Notes: generated from the letters alone by a model not told the origin. A DNA stretch of 64,000 nt from Candidatus Sulfotelmatobacter sp. (GCA_049513475.1 JBEKWC010000011.1:45664-109663), one strand, 5' to 3'; positions 25,352 to 36,313 are shown, counted from the first letter of the stretch. Program-made: numbers and translations.

Positions 25352-27667
25352 CTACTTTGCGTGTACCAGGGTTTTGGCGGCGCCCATGTTGTCGTAGCGG
25401 TCGTAGACTCGGACCACTACCACGTGCTCGGTCGCGGCTGCGGCGTCTTTGGCGGATTCAGGCTTCGCTTCGAAGTCGTAGCTTTCGGTTTTGGCGTCGG
25501 AGAGTTGACCGACTGGTTCTACGTACTGCCAGTCACCGGCGTCGATGGAATACTCTGCGCGTTTGATGGGCGAGAAGCCATCGGCGGCGGTGAAGGTCAC
25601 GCGGATTTGAGCGCCGTCTACCGTGCCCGAGAGATTTTCGATGCGCGGCGGGGAGGTGTCGACTTCGAAGCGACGGCTTTCCTTTGAAGCGGTTAAAGCT
25701 TCGCCGGGCGAGTGCGACGGAGCGTCCGAGGCGATCAGCTTGACGGTGTAGCCGCCATCGGGAAGAAGGCCGGCATCGAAGGAATAGGCCTTGTCGGTGA
25801 GATTGTCTTTTAATAATAACCAACGCTTTTCGCCATCGCCGCGGTAGTAGAGCGAGTAGACCAACTGATCGTCGTTCTCATCGTGAGCGTTCCAGCGCAC
25901 CCCGATGGATTCGCGATCGTGGGAACTGGACGGGGGCGCGTCGAAGTGCGTTGCTGCCGATAGAGTTGAGTCGAATCCTGTGCTGCTGCCCGAAGGTTTC
26001 TGTGCGGGCTGATACTTTACGCCCACCTGAACCGAGAGGTCTTCGATCTCGGGAGCGGCATTCTTGGGCAGGTAGTTAAGCAGAACGCTATCGACCGCCG
26101 GGGGCGTCGAACCAGTGTGCAGAACGGCTTTCCATTGGGCATAGCGCGCGGCGGGAATTCCAGTCGCTCCGTTCTCGTTTTTCTTCAGGTCGACCTGGTG
26201 CCACGGGCTCCAGTTGCGGTCGGGGTTGTCGACGTTCCCGCTGCGGGCGAAAAGCTCGACGTTGCCGGCGCCACGGAATTCGGCTCGACCCCAGCTCGAA
26301 AAACTGCGGGCGTCGAAGACATCGCTTTGGTAGGTTCCTTCGGCTTCAGGACCTGGCCCCAAGACAAACAGTTTTCCGAGATTGCTGGTGGCGGCGTAGA
26401 GGCCTCCGTGGGGAGCTTTGGCGAAGGCGGTGATTTGCGAGGCCGGAGCTTTCAGCAGGTCGGAGAAATCGTCGAGGCCGATGATAGCGAAGATGTGGCC
26501 GCGATTGCCGGTGCCGGCGAGAAGGCGTCCCTGGGAGTCGAAAGCCAAGGCGTACACGATGTCATCGTGCGAAGACCACAGCTTGGCCGGAGAGCCGTCG
26601 GGAGCGATGCGGTAGACATCCGATCCGTTGCCGGGAGCTGCGCCGGGAAATGGAAACGGGCCGGCAGCGGGGGAGGGGCTGGGTGAGGGAGTAATGGTCA
26701 TGCCGGGAACTTGCGGAGCGCCCGCACCCAGAGGCGCGCTGCTACCGAGGTTCAGCACGGCGGAAGCGGCGGAGGCGCCGAAAGCGCCACGCTTCTCGCC
26801 GACGGCTGCGGCGTAGATGTTGCCCGAACGATCAAGCGCGAGCGCGGTGATTTCTTTTTTGGGCGCGCTGTAGAGCACAAAGCCTTCGCCAGCGGGAGAG
26901 ATACGGTAGATGAGGCCGCTGCCGTCGGAGCCGGCGATGAGATTGCTCTGGGCATCGAAGGCCAGCACGCGGATGTGAGTTTCGTCGCTCTTGAAAAAGA
27001 CCGAGTGCTCGCCTTTCGCGGTCACTTTGAAAATTTCGCCGTGATCGCCGGTCGCAACGTAGAGATTGCCCGCGTGGTCGAGCGCGAGGTCCCAGATATA
27101 CTTCGTGGCGGGCTCGAAGGAGACGGAGGAAGTCCAAGCTGGGTCGAGGGCGGGTTTGGAATCTTTCTCCGGGGTGGTTGCGGAATCGGATTCTGATTTC
27201 GTTGCCTTGGACTTGCCCGAAGACCTGTGCTCCAGCTTGTACACTTTGCCGTCGGGGGCGGTGGCTGCGTAGATCACGCCTCCGGGTGCGGTTTGGAGAG
27301 CCTGGACTTGCAACTCTTTGGGTTCGAAGATGATGGTTGCAGCGCCTTCGGGGGTTACGCGATAGACGCGGGCCGGAGCTCCTGCGGCCATATAGATGTT
27401 GCCCGCATCGTCGGCGGCAATGGCCCAGATGTAGGTAGAAGGAGCGGCGTACAGACTCTTGAAGGTGGGCGCCAGTTCGAGGCCGCCGATGCTGCGAATC
27501 GCGATGCCGGTCGCCGTTCCTTTCACCAGTTCTTCGAACTTCGATTGCTCCCAGGTGTGCGTGCCCTCGGCGAAGGCTTTGGAGAGGAATTCTGAATGAT
27601 AGAAGTTGGGGAAGATCAAGGCCGCAAGAAGAAGGAAGAAAAGCTTTCGCACGCTCTGCAATTTCAT
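25352..27667 (-). CDS. Secreted beta-propeller repeat protein with C-terminal Ig-like domains
   Basis: ATG at 27667 with GAGGT upstream. Signal peptide MKLQSVRKLFFLLLAALIF. Repeated G-N-(I/L)-Y-(V/A)-A blades. Confidence 0.7.
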   Translation of the reverse strand: MKLQSVRKLFFLLLAALIFPNFYHSEFLSKAFAEGTHTWEQSKFEELVKGTATGIAIRSIGGLELAPTFKSLYAAPSTYIWAIAADDAGNIYMAAGAPARVYRVTPEGAATIIFEPKELQVQALQTAPGGVIYAATAPDGKVYKLEHRSSGKSKATKSESDSATTPEKDSKPALDPAWTSSVSFEPATKYIWDLALDHAGNLYVATGDHGEIFKVTAKGEHSVFFKSDETHIRVLAFDAQSNLIAGSDGSGLIYRISPAGEGFVLYSAPKKEITALALDRSGNIYAAAVGEKRGAFGASAASAVLNLGSSAPLGAGAPQVPGMTITPSPSPSPAAGPFPFPGAAPGNGSDVYRIAPDGSPAKLWSSHDDIVYALAFDSQGRLLAGTGNRGHIFAIIGLDDFSDLLKAPASQITAFAKAPHGGLYAATSNLGKLFVLGPGPEAEGTYQSDVFDARSFSSWGRAEFRGAGNVELFARSGNVDNPDRNWSPWHQVDLKKNENGATGIPAARYAQWKAVLHTGSTPPAVDSVLLNYLPKNAAPEIEDLSVQVGVKYQPAQKPSGSSTGFDSTLSAATHFDAPPSSSHDRESIGVRWNAHDENDDQLVYSLYYRGDGEKRWLLLKDNLTDKAYSFDAGLLPDGGYTVKLIASDAPSHSPGEALTASKESRRFEVDTSPPRIENLSGTVDGAQIRVTFTAADGFSPIKRAEYSIDAGDWQYVEPVGQLSDAKTESYDFEAKPESAKDAAAATEHVVVVRVYDRYDNMGAAKTLVHAK

Positions 27668-27846
27668 ACCTCGTAGATTCCAGGGGGGTAGCTTCAGGTT
27701 AACATGCTTGGCCGCTCTACAACTGCGTCCGAAAGGCGGGGCCGTGGTGCACTCTGAGGCTTGAAAAAAGAAAAGCACGCACTCCAAAAGGGCACGAAGG
27801 GTCACGCAGGATTTCATTTCTGGCTGGCGTGGTATCGTAGGATTTC

Positions 27847-28512
27847 ATGAAGTCCTCGCGCCAGGATTTGCTGCGCCTGCTCGCCTCAAAGTCTTTCCGG
27901 CTGGGCGAGTTCAAGTTGTCTTCCGGGGGCAAAAGCGATTACTACATCGACTGCCGCACCACGACTCTGGATGCGATCGGGGCGCGGCTCACGGGCGAAG
28001 TATTCTGGGATGAAATTCGGAAACAGGAATGGGCGCCGAAGGCCGTCGGCGGGCTCACGATGGGGGCTGATCCGATTGTGGTGGCCGTGGCCGTGGTTAG
28101 CGGTCGCCTGCATGGCTTTCTGGTGCGCAAGGCGGAGAAGCAGCACGGGACGGGGCGGCGCATCGAGGGCTTTCAGGGGAAAAGGGCGCGGGTCGTGATT
28201 GTCGACGATGTTTGCACGACCGGGGCGTCCACGGTGCAGGCGATTGAGGTGGCGCGCGAATTTGGATTCGAAGTTGTCGGCGTAATGTGCCTGGTGGAGC
28301 GCGAAGAGGCTCGGGGCAGAGTGAACGTGGAGAAGGCGGCGGCTCCGGCGGCTTTGGTTTCGATTTTTACCGCCAGCGAAGTGCGGGCGGAGCATATTTT
28401 GCAGAATGAGGAGACTTCGCCGGGGATCTTGGCGGTTTCGGCTTGCGAAGTTTGTGGGCGACCGGCGGTGACGGATGTGCCGGGGAATCGGTGCGCGGTG
28501 CATCGGAACTGA
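27847..28512 (+). CDS. pyrE: Orotate phosphoribosyltransferase (with a Cys-containing C-terminal tail)
   Basis: PRPP-binding motif [14 protein letters not shown]-terminal [21 protein letters not shown]. Confidence 0.88.
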   Translation: MKSSRQDLLRLLASKSFRLGEFKLSSGGKSDYYIDCRTTTLDAIGARLTGEVFWDEIRKQEWAPKAVGGLTMGADPIVVAVAVVSGRLHGFLVRKAEKQHGTGRRIEGFQGKRARVVIVDDVCTTGASTVQAIEVAREFGFEVVGVMCLVEREEARGRVNVEKAAAPAALVSIFTASEVRAEHILQNEETSPGILAVSACEVCGRPAVTDVPGNRCAVHRN

Positions 28513-28584
28513 GGGGCGAGGTCACGCAAGCGGAGGCGCCATGGAAATGCCCTGCGAGGGCAAGCGTCGAGCACGCGAAAGTAA

Positions 28585-28614
28585 GGGGTCCTTCGACTGC
28601 GCTCAGGATGACAA
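28585..28614 (+). repeat. REP-like element, family A copy 4 (minimal form)
   Basis: GGGGTCCTTCGACTGCGCTCAGGATGACAA, ending 8 nt before the mtnA ATG. Confidence 0.7.
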
Positions 28615-28621
28615 AACTAAA

Positions 28622-29677
28622 ATGATACAGACTCTAGAATGGACCGAGGGTGGGGTACGGTTTATCGATCAGACTAAGCTGCCCGGGGAAGAGACTTATC
28701 TTACGTGCGCGACTTACTTGCAGGTTGCGGATGCGATACGCACCATGGTCGTGCGGGGAGCGCCTGCGATCGGCGTAGCGGCGGCGATGGGCATTGCGCT
28801 GGGGGTGAAGCACTCCAAGGCCGGGAGCGCGGGAGAGCTTAAGCGCGAACTGGACGAGATTTGCGATGTCATCGGCAAGACTCGTCCTACTGCGGTGAAT
28901 CTGTTTTGGGCGATCCAGCGTATGCAGGAGAAGTTTGAGCGCATTCGCATCCGCCCCATGGCGCAGATCAAGCGGAAGCTGATCGAAGAAGCTCAGCGCA
29001 TGCACGCCGAAGATATTGCCGCCAATCAGGCGATGGGACGTCATGGGGCCACGCTGATGCCGAGTTCGGGCGGGGTGCTCACGCACTGCAACGCCGGCGC
29101 GCTGGCTACGGCTGGGTATGGAACTGCGCTGGGGGTGATTCGCGCGGCCGTGGAGGCGGGGAAGAAGATTCACGTGTATGCCGATGAAACCCGGCCTTTT
29201 CTGCAAGGCTCGCGGCTGACTGCCTGGGAGTTAATGAAGGATGGGATTCCGACCACGGTGATCTCCGACAACATGGCGGGCGCGATGATGAAGCAGGGCA
29301 AGATCGGCGCGATCGTGGTGGGAGCCGATCGCATTGCGGCTAACGGCGATGTCGCCAACAAGATCGGCACCTATACGGTGGCGATTCTGGCCAAGGAGCA
29401 CGGCCTTCCGTTTTATGTGGCTGCGCCGCTTTCTACCATTGATTTCGCCTGCGCGGACGGGAGCGGGATTCCGATTGAGCAGCGCAATGCGCGGGAAATC
29501 ACTCACTTCGCGGGACGGCAAATGGTGCCCGAGGGAGTATCGGTTGAAAATCCTGCGTTCGATGTGACTCCGGCGGAGTATGTGTCCGCCATCATTACGG
29601 AGCGCGGCGTGGCGCGAGCGCCCTATGGCGATTCCTTGCTCAAGCTTTCGAACCTGGAAGCTCCGGTCGAGGTGTAG
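28622..29677 (+). CDS. mtnA: S-methyl-5-thioribose-1-phosphate isomerase
   Basis: [47 protein letters not shown] (eIF-2B family). Confidence 0.88.
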   Translation: MIQTLEWTEGGVRFIDQTKLPGEETYLTCATYLQVADAIRTMVVRGAPAIGVAAAMGIALGVKHSKAGSAGELKRELDEICDVIGKTRPTAVNLFWAIQRMQEKFERIRIRPMAQIKRKLIEEAQRMHAEDIAANQAMGRHGATLMPSSGGVLTHCNAGALATAGYGTALGVIRAAVEAGKKIHVYADETRPFLQGSRLTAWELMKDGIPTTVISDNMAGAMMKQGKIGAIVVGADRIAANGDVANKIGTYTVAILAKEHGLPFYVAAPLSTIDFACADGSGIPIEQRNAREITHFAGRQMVPEGVSVENPAFDVTPAEYVSAIITERGVARAPYGDSLLKLSNLEAPVEV

Positions 29678-29908
29678 GTTCTCCGGCGAGATATGGGTCA
29701 CATCGCCGAGACGAAATTCTCTATATCTTTTGTAAGGCGCGTCACGAAAGCTCCTGGCTGCAACTCGTGCCACAATCACAGTGGCTGGGAGTTAGCAACG
29801 GGAAGCTGATTTCCTAATATGGTTCGAAGGTGCCATGTGGTACAGGCAATAATGTGAGAATATGGGCCTTCTACAGTCCGGCCGCAAATCGCCTACGGGC
29901 GGGGCAGG

Positions 29909-30655
29909 ATGTACCTAAGCCGAGGCGGCGTGCATCTAAGGAAACAGGTGGTGGAGCAAGACACGCTGCTGCGGGTTGAGGGATTGAAGAAAGTTTTCCG
30001 GTCCGGCGAATCGGATCTGGTGCTCTTTGAAAATTTATCGTTTGAGGTGAAGCGGGGCGAGATGCTGGCCATTGTCGGGGAGTCGGGAGCGGGCAAGAGC
30101 ACCTTGTTGCACATAGTCAGCGCTCTTGATCGGGCTTCGGCGGGTGACGTATACTGCGCGCAATTGCAACTAAATGCTTTGTCGGCGGATGAAGCGGCGG
30201 AGTTTCGCAATCGCGAGGCGGGCTTCGTCTGGCAATTTCACTATCTGCTGCCGGAGTTTACCGCGGCCGAGAACGTGGCCATGCCGCTGATGCTGCGTGG
30301 GCAGGGATGGGCGCAGGCAGAGCCGGACGCTTTACGCTGGCTCCGGGAAGTGGGCTTGGAAGCGCGGGCGCATCATCGGTCGGGCGAGCTTTCGGGCGGC
30401 GAACAGCAGCGGGTGGCTTTGGCGCGGGCGCTGATTACCGGCCCAAAATTGTTGTTGGCGGATGAGCCTACCGGCGATCTCGATGGACATACGGCGGAAG
30501 CGGTCTTCGAATTGATTGCGCGCTTACATCGCGAGCACCGGCTCACCTCTTTGATTGCCACACACAATCTGGCGTTTGCGCGGCGCTGCCACCGCGTGCT
30601 GCGGCTGCAGCGGGGGCGGGCGGAGGAGGTCAGGCCAGAGTCGTTGCAAGCTTGA
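29909..30655 (+). CDS. lolD: Lipoprotein-releasing ABC transporter ATP-binding protein
   Basis: Walker A GESGAGKST, signature LSGGEQQRVALARAL, Walker B LLLADEPTGDLD. The exact start is uncertain. Confidence 0.8.
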   Translation: MYLSRGGVHLRKQVVEQDTLLRVEGLKKVFRSGESDLVLFENLSFEVKRGEMLAIVGESGAGKSTLLHIVSALDRASAGDVYCAQLQLNALSADEAAEFRNREAGFVWQFHYLLPEFTAAENVAMPLMLRGQGWAQAEPDALRWLREVGLEARAHHRSGELSGGEQQRVALARALITGPKLLLADEPTGDLDGHTAEAVFELIARLHREHRLTSLIATHNLAFARRCHRVLRLQRGRAEEVRPESLQA

Positions 30656-30925
30656 GGTGATTTAAATCGAGGTAAAGAAAGCGAAAGATTAGTTCGTCAA
30701 AGTGCAAGAATTTTGGATTGTTCCGTAGCCGGAGGATAGGGCAAGAGGTTCCTTCGGTAACATTAGCGCAGCGTTTCGGTGCTTGGGTTTGGTGGCCGTT
30801 TGATTGCATAATAAAGAGTGACGGGAAACCAGATGCTAGGCGGGAGCATGCCGGGTTCGGGATTTCGGTAGGGTCGAGCGGGGCAGGCGCCTTCTCGGCC
30901 GGAAGGGTTCAGGGGGAAGGGCAAT

Positions 30926-33373
30926 ATGTTTGAACGTTATACGGAGAAAGCCAGGCGCGTCATTTTTTTTGCGCGCTACGAAGCCAGCCAATTCGGGTCT
31001 CCTTATATAGAGACGGAGCACCTGCTGCTGGGGCTGCTGCGCGAAGACAAAGCCCTGACCAATCGATTCCTGCGTTCGCACGCCTCGGTGGAATCGATTC
31101 GCAAGCAGATCGAGGGGCACACCACCATCCGGGAAAAAGTTTCCACTTCGGTGGATCTTCCTTTAAGCAATGAGTGCAAGCGAGTGTTGGCCTATGCTGC
31201 CGAAGAAGCGGAGCGCCTTTCGCACCGGCACATTGGGACGGAACATCTTCTCTTGGGTTTACTGAGAGAAGAAAAGTGCTTCGCGGCGGAAATTCTGCAT
31301 GAGCGCGGGTTGCGGCTTTCGGCGATTCGCGAAGAACTGGCGCGCACCAGCCAGGAAAAAGCGCAGCCGCAGCGGCAGCGTGAGTCATCTCTGCTCAGCG
31401 AGTTCTCGCGCGATTTAACGCAGGCTGCGATGGATAGCCAGCTTGATCCGCTGGTGGGACGCGACGGCGAACTGGAACGGGTGATTCAGATTCTTTGCCG
31501 GCGCACGAAGAACAATCCGGTTTTGATCGGCGAGCCGGGCGTGGGCAAGACCGCAATCGTCGAAGGCCTGGCGCAACGCATTGCCGATGGCGAGGTTCCT
31601 TCGTTCCTGGCCGATAAGAGGATTCTGGCCCTCGATCTTTCTTTGATCGTCGCCGGAACCAAGTACCGCGGGCAGTTTGAAGAGCGGCTGAAGACCATCA
31701 TGAAAGAGTTGATGGAGTCGCAGAACTCCGTGATCTTTATTGATGAGCTGCATACGCTAGTGGGCGCGGGTTCGGCGGAAGGGTCTTTGGATGCCGCGAA
31801 TATCTTGAAGCCAGCTTTGTCGCGCGGCGAGATTCAATGCATTGGAGCGACCACTCCGGGCGAGTACCGCAAGTCGATTGAGAAAGACCGCTCGCTCGAG
31901 CGGCGCTTTCAGGCGGTAAAAGTTCCGCCGCCGAATGAGGCCGATGCCGTTAAGGTTCTGTTCGGCATCAAGGATCGGTACGAAAAATTTCACGCCGTCA
32001 CTTATACCGACGACGCCATCAACTTCGCGGTGTCGCATTCCAACCGTTATATTCCCGATCGATTCCTGCCCGATAAGGCGATCGATCTCGTCGATGAAGC
32101 CGGCGCTCGCGTAAAGCTGCGCCAGACTTCGCAGCCGGAAGAAATCACCGAGGTGCAGAAGCGGATCAAGTTCATCGTGCACCGCATGGAGAATGCGATC
32201 GCCAACCACGAGTTCGAGAAGGCGCGCTTCTACTCGGATGAAGAACGCAAGGAGCGCGAGAATCTGCGGGCGCTGCGCGAGAAATATCATCTGGATGAAT
32301 CTTCCACCGGCGTGGTTGGGCGGGAAGACATCGAGGATGTGGTTTCGCGCTGGACCGGCGTTCCTATCACTTCGATCAAAGAAGAAGAGACGCAGAAGCT
32401 GCTGCGCATCGAAGAAGAGCTCCATAAACGGATCATCTCGCAGGATAAATCGATCAGCGCGCTGGCCCGGGCGATCCGGCGTTCGCGCGCGGGGTTGAAA
32501 AGTCCGAACCGGCCGATCGGTTCATTCTTGTTCCTTGGCCCAACCGGCGTCGGCAAAACTGAGGTCGCACGTACTTTGGCCCAGTTCATGTTCGGCACCG
32601 AAAAAGCTTTGGTGCGCTTCGACATGTCGGAGTTCATGGAGAAGCACTCGGTCTCGAAGTTGATCGGCTCGCCTCCGGGATATGTGGGTTACGAGGAAGG
32701 CGGCCAGCTGACTGAGCGCGTGAAGCGGGCTCCCTATTCAGTCGTGCTGCTCGACGAAATCGAGAAGGCGCATCCGGATGTGTTTAACATCCTGCTGCAG
32801 GTTTTTGAAGACGGCCAACTCACGGACGGCCTGGGCAACACGGTCGACTTCAAGAACACGATTCTCATCATGACCTCGAATATCGGCGCGCGGCACCTGC
32901 AGAAGCGCGAAGGCTTCGGCTTCCAATCGACAAAAGATGAAATGGTTTCGACCAAGGTCGAGGAACTGGTGAAGGGCGAGGTGAAGCGCACCTTCAACCC
33001 TGAGTTCCTGAACCGGCTGGACGAGATTATTCTCTTCCTGGCGTTGAGCGAAGCGGATCTGATCCAGATTCTGGAGTTGATGATCACACAACTCAATCAG
33101 AACCTGGCCCAGAAGGCGATCACGGTATCGGTGGCCGACGAGGCCAAGAAGTGGATACTCAATCAGACGCTTACCGACCGCACCTACGGAGCGCGGCCGC
33201 TGCGCCGGGCGCTGCAGAAGTATATTGAAGACCCGCTGTCGGAGGCGCTAATTCAGGGCACGATCACCACGCGTCCGGCGTTTATTGAGGTTTTCTTGGA
33301 GGACAACAAGCTGTTCTACCGTCCAGTCGACGCGGAGAAAACTGAGGGTGTGTTGTTGTACGAGAACAGTTAA
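30926..33373 (+). CDS. clpC: ATP-dependent Clp protease ATP-binding subunit ClpC
   Basis: 815 aa. Double Clp-N repeat, two AAA+ modules ([18 protein letters not shown]), UVR-like linker. Confidence 0.93.
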   Translation: MFERYTEKARRVIFFARYEASQFGSPYIETEHLLLGLLREDKALTNRFLRSHASVESIRKQIEGHTTIREKVSTSVDLPLSNECKRVLAYAAEEAERLSHRHIGTEHLLLGLLREEKCFAAEILHERGLRLSAIREELARTSQEKAQPQRQRESSLLSEFSRDLTQAAMDSQLDPLVGRDGELERVIQILCRRTKNNPVLIGEPGVGKTAIVEGLAQRIADGEVPSFLADKRILALDLSLIVAGTKYRGQFEERLKTIMKELMESQNSVIFIDELHTLVGAGSAEGSLDAANILKPALSRGEIQCIGATTPGEYRKSIEKDRSLERRFQAVKVPPPNEADAVKVLFGIKDRYEKFHAVTYTDDAINFAVSHSNRYIPDRFLPDKAIDLVDEAGARVKLRQTSQPEEITEVQKRIKFIVHRMENAIANHEFEKARFYSDEERKERENLRALREKYHLDESSTGVVGREDIEDVVSRWTGVPITSIKEEETQKLLRIEEELHKRIISQDKSISALARAIRRSRAGLKSPNRPIGSFLFLGPTGVGKTEVARTLAQFMFGTEKALVRFDMSEFMEKHSVSKLIGSPPGYVGYEEGGQLTERVKRAPYSVVLLDEIEKAHPDVFNILLQVFEDGQLTDGLGNTVDFKNTILIMTSNIGARHLQKREGFGFQSTKDEMVSTKVEELVKGEVKRTFNPEFLNRLDEIILFLALSEADLIQILELMITQLNQNLAQKAITVSVADEAKKWILNQTLTDRTYGARPLRRALQKYIEDPLSEALIQGTITTRPAFIEVFLEDNKLFYRPVDAEKTEGVLLYENS

Positions 33374-33391
33374 AGGCAGCCGTCAGCTATC

Positions 33392-33429
33392 AGCCGTCAG
33401 CGAAAACAAAGCTGGCGGCTTTTGTTTTT
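33392..33429 (+). terminator. Intrinsic terminator after clpC
   Basis: AGCCGTCAGC (33392-33401) pairs with GCTGGCGGCT (33411-33420) with one G-U pair, loop GAAAACAAA, followed by TTTGTTTTT. The left arm belongs to a CAGCCGT-type heptamer array (33377-33404). Confidence 0.75.
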
Positions 33430-33455
33430 AAGGGATTGAATCTTAACATTCGCCC

Positions 33456-33858
33456 ATGGCTAAACCGCCCTCTCTTCGGATCGAAGCCCACTTCGAGATC
33501 TCGCATCTCAGCCACGAGCTTCTGGTCGAGTGCCCGAGTTGCAGGCTTTGTGCCCGCCGAAGCAGACCGAGCTATGATCGTCCCAAGCGTAAGTTTGGGA
33601 CCCACATCAGTTGTCTGCACTGCGCGGCGCAACACGACATGGCCACCGATCGCGATGATTGGAATCAACTCCCGCTCTGGTCCAAGACCAATTGTTGCGG
33701 GGGAGGTTTTGTGGGCGCTGAACGCCAGGCACCCGGAGGCTTTGGAACCATTTTTGGCGGCGGGGCGGCGCGAGAATAAGCTCGGTCACTACAGCAACCG
33801 GCATTGGCGCTCACACTCTGACGAAGGCCATGGATCGGCTTGGAGAATGATTTTCTAG
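33456..33858 (+). pseudogene. Zinc-ribbon-like hypothetical gene interrupted by a frameshift at a G5 run
   Basis: Frame A (33456-) reads MAKPPSLRIEAHFEISHLSHELLVECPSC...CLHC...LWSKTNCCG. After GGGGG at 33699-33703 the protein-like reading (EVLWALNARHPEALEPFLAAGRRENK...) continues in the frame of ORF 33436-33858. Confidence 0.5.
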
Positions 33859-34240
33859 GCTTTCGTCCAGTCCTCGATCTTCCGTCCCTTCACGCTGCGA
33901 AAGACGCGATCATGGGTCACCAGGATCGCTTCGACGGCGAGGCCTTGCGCCGCGATCATCCTATCGAGGTTGCCCATCGGTTCGGCCCTGTTTTTCCAGC
34001 GTGGCGCGAAGGCGGGCATAGTGGCGCGCCGCCTCTGAGTTCCAGGCCAGCACTTCGACGCGCAGGAGAAACTCTGCAACCACGACTGCCAGCCTTGTTG
34101 CCGGCTCCAACTTGGCTAGGCCGAAGCGCAGTTCCGCTTCCGTGGTACCGAGATCCCGACTTCGCTCATCGGTACTTTGAGCAGGCGCACACGCACCTGG
34201 GGCATTCCCTTGATAATGTACTTGAGGGGTTGTCAATATC
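33855..34240 (-). pseudogene. Degraded vapC (PIN-domain toxin) with multiple frameshifts
   Basis: Three frames carry consecutive VapC-like pieces: LKYIIKGMPQVRVRLLKVPMSEVGISV / TEAELRFGLAKLEPATRLAVVVAEFLLRVEVLAWNSEAARHYARLRATLEKQG / MGNLDRMIAAQGLAVEAILVTHDRVFRSVKG.KIEDW. Confidence 0.7.
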
Positions 34241-34271
34241 TGGTCTCGTCGACAGATCTGGTCTCGTCGAC
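34238..34271 (+). repeat. Direct tandem duplication (18-nt period)
   Basis: ATCTGGTCTCGTCGAC at 34238-34253 and again at 34256-34271, at the junction of the vapC remnant and its presumed antitoxin remnant. Confidence 0.7.
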
Positions 34272-34406
34272 CGGGTCGACCAAGGTCAAAAGCCTTGACG
34301 CGGAGGTCGCGGAGAAAATCTTCGCGGAGGCCAGGGAGAGATTCTTTTGCGACCTTTTTGCGCCGCGAATGCTCGATATACTGCCTACGTATCTGCCGGA
34401 GCCGCT

Positions 34407-34766
34407 ATGGAGAAGGTCAATATCGCCGACAAGTTCGCCAAGATTTCAGAGTACTGGAAACCTTACATTGCCGCCGAGCTGAACGGGCAATATGTGAAGC
34501 TCGACAAGTTGAAAGGCGAATTTGTTTTTCATCATCACGAGAGTGAAGACGAGATGTTTCTGGTGGTGAAGGGTCGCTTCCGCATGGAATTTCTTGACCG
34601 CCAGGACTGGATTGAGGAGGGCGAGTTTCTTGTGGTTCCGCGCGGGGTGGAGCATCGCCCAGTAGCTGAGGAAGAATGCTGGATTCTGCTGTTTGAGCCG
34701 GCTTCAACGTTAAATACCGGTAATGTTGTGAATGAGCGCACGCTAGCTGAGTTGGAGCGCGTGTAG
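34407..34766 (+). CDS. Cupin domain protein
   Basis: 119 aa from the ATG at 34407. G-x5-H-x-H...E and P-x-G-x2-H-like cupin motifs (FVFHHHESEDEMFLVVKG ... VVPRGVEHRP). Confidence 0.7.
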   Translation: MEKVNIADKFAKISEYWKPYIAAELNGQYVKLDKLKGEFVFHHHESEDEMFLVVKGRFRMEFLDRQDWIEEGEFLVVPRGVEHRPVAEEECWILLFEPASTLNTGNVVNERTLAELERV

Positions 34767-34818
34767 AATGAGACGCAGCCGGCTGCGTCTTTGGAAAATC
34801 TATTTGTAAATAGGAGCT

Positions 34819-35070
34819 ATGGAACTCACGGTTTATTCCGCCCCCTGGTGTCCCGATTGCCGCGAGGCTAAGCGCTTTCTGGCTCAGCACAACATTCCGT
34901 TTCAAGAAATTGACATTGAAACGCCCGGCGCGGTGGAGGAGATCGTCAAGCGCACGGGCAAACGAGCCATCCCGCAATTTGTGATCGATGGCGAGTGGGT
35001 GCAGCCTTACGTGCCGGGTAAGGGATTTCTCTATGAGCAGATGTCTAAGCGCCTGGGAGTCAAGTCTTAG
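34819..35070 (+). CDS. Glutaredoxin-family small redox protein
   Basis: 83 aa, AGGAG RBS. Active-site-like WCPDC followed by a thioredoxin-fold pattern (IPQFVIDGEWV). Confidence 0.75.
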   Translation: MELTVYSAPWCPDCREAKRFLAQHNIPFQEIDIETPGAVEEIVKRTGKRAIPQFVIDGEWVQPYVPGKGFLYEQMSKRLGVKS

Positions 35071-35350
35071 GGCTGCATCGCTACCGCGGAGCTGAAGCCC
35101 GTCATGCGCTCTCTCATCCGCGGCGCTCGCAGCGCTGCTCCTCCCTGATTTCAGGAGGTACGCCCTCTCGCGTTACTCAACTGCATGGTTCTGCTTGCGG
35201 CGAACGGCCATACTCCTCTGCACTTTCGATACCTCTGGACATCATCTTCCGTACCGTGGAAAAGCCTTGCCGGACGCGGGAAGATGACCCTTCCCCCAGC
35301 TTTCAGAGTTAGCGCTTTCGCTTTGAGTAAAGCTCAGCGACAGGGATATC

Positions 35351-36313
35351 ATGTCCGGACCGGAAGCTTCACGGGGATCGAACGAGGTCAGCGAGAGTTG
35401 GCAGCAGTTGATACAGGCTGTGCTCGCGACCGCGGTGTTGATCGGTGCTGTGGCCATGTTTCGTTACTACGCACCGGCGACCGCCAAGGAGCGGCAACCC
35501 GATGAACTGCGCCTACAGGTGCACCAGCTCACGCAGCAGGTCGCCGAGCTCGAGAAAGAGCAGGCGATGCCGGCCTTGGTGCTTGCCCGCTATCGTAACT
35601 CTATTGGCTACATCTACGGCGTGTTTCAGGTAGGCTTTCCGAACCAGCCGGCGGCGATTCGCGCACGCGTGTCGGGTACGGGATTTCTGGTGGGCGACGG
35701 ACTTCTGGCGACCAATCGTCACGTAGCCGAACCGTGGTATGGCGATAGCGAGGCCGAAGGATTAATCCATCGCGGAGCCATGGCCCGATTGGAAAGTCTC
35801 GTAGTGTTTTTTCCGGGTTCGCCGATGCCTGTGAGGTTGACGCCGGGTACGGTTTCTGCGACCGACGATCTGGCCGTGTTGATGATCGAAGATAAAGATG
35901 CGGTGCGTGGACTTGCGGTGCTGCCGCTGGCAAAATCCATCGCGGCACCGGGAGAACTGGTGACCGTGATCGGCTATCCGATGGGCATTGCGGGGATGGT
36001 GGCCAAGTCTCCCAGCGGAATTTACCAGCGGCTGGCCTACCGCCATAACGACATTACAGCGGCCAGCGAACTGGCGGCGCTCTCGCTGATTCGCCCTTCA
36101 ACCACGTGCGGACACTTAGGCGATGTGGTGGGCGCGAAACTCATCTACGATGCGCCCACGGCGCACGGCGGCAGCGGCGGGCCGGTGTTCAACTCCAACG
36201 CAGAAGTAATCGGAGTGAATTCGGCCTACATCGACGGCTTCTCGGGCGGCACGCTGGGAGTTTCGGCGGAGGCGCTGCGGCCGCTGCTGGTGGAGGCGGA
36301 AAAGAAACCATAA
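35351..36313 (+). CDS. Membrane-anchored trypsin-like (S1C) serine protease
   Basis: N-terminal TM helix and coiled-coil segment. Catalytic triad contexts TNRHV, DLAVL and GGSGGPVF. Confidence 0.75.
   Translation: MSGPEASRGSNEVSESWQQLIQAVLATAVLIGAVAMFRYYAPATAKERQPDELRLQVHQLTQQVAELEKEQAMPALVLARYRNSIGYIYGVFQVGFPNQPAAIRARVSGTGFLVGDGLLATNRHVAEPWYGDSEAEGLIHRGAMARLESLVVFFPGSPMPVRLTPGTVSATDDLAVLMIEDKDAVRGLAVLPLAKSIAAPGELVTVIGYPMGIAGMVAKSPSGIYQRLAYRHNDITAASELAALSLIRPSTTCGHLGDVVGAKLIYDAPTAHGGSGGPVFNSNAEVIGVNSAYIDGFSGGTLGVSAEALRPLLVEAEKKP

Noticed and set aside
28475-28621. N-terminally extended ORF starts from the track (28475 for mtnA, 52158 for uxaC, 16079 for scoA, 49030 for the second methylase, 43559-44704 for DUF1365, 8704 for htrA, 27817, 25309, 61437)
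   Set aside because: The extensions read through REP elements, repeat hairpins or the opposite-strand gene and are not protein-like. Internal ATG or GTG codons with RBS-like purine tracts coincide with the conserved family N-termini.
33436-33858. Two separate overlapping small genes (33456-33779 and 33436-33858)
   Set aside because: Only the first part of one frame and the last part of the other look protein-like, and they join at a G5 homopolymer. A single frameshifted, or mis-sequenced, gene explains this more simply.
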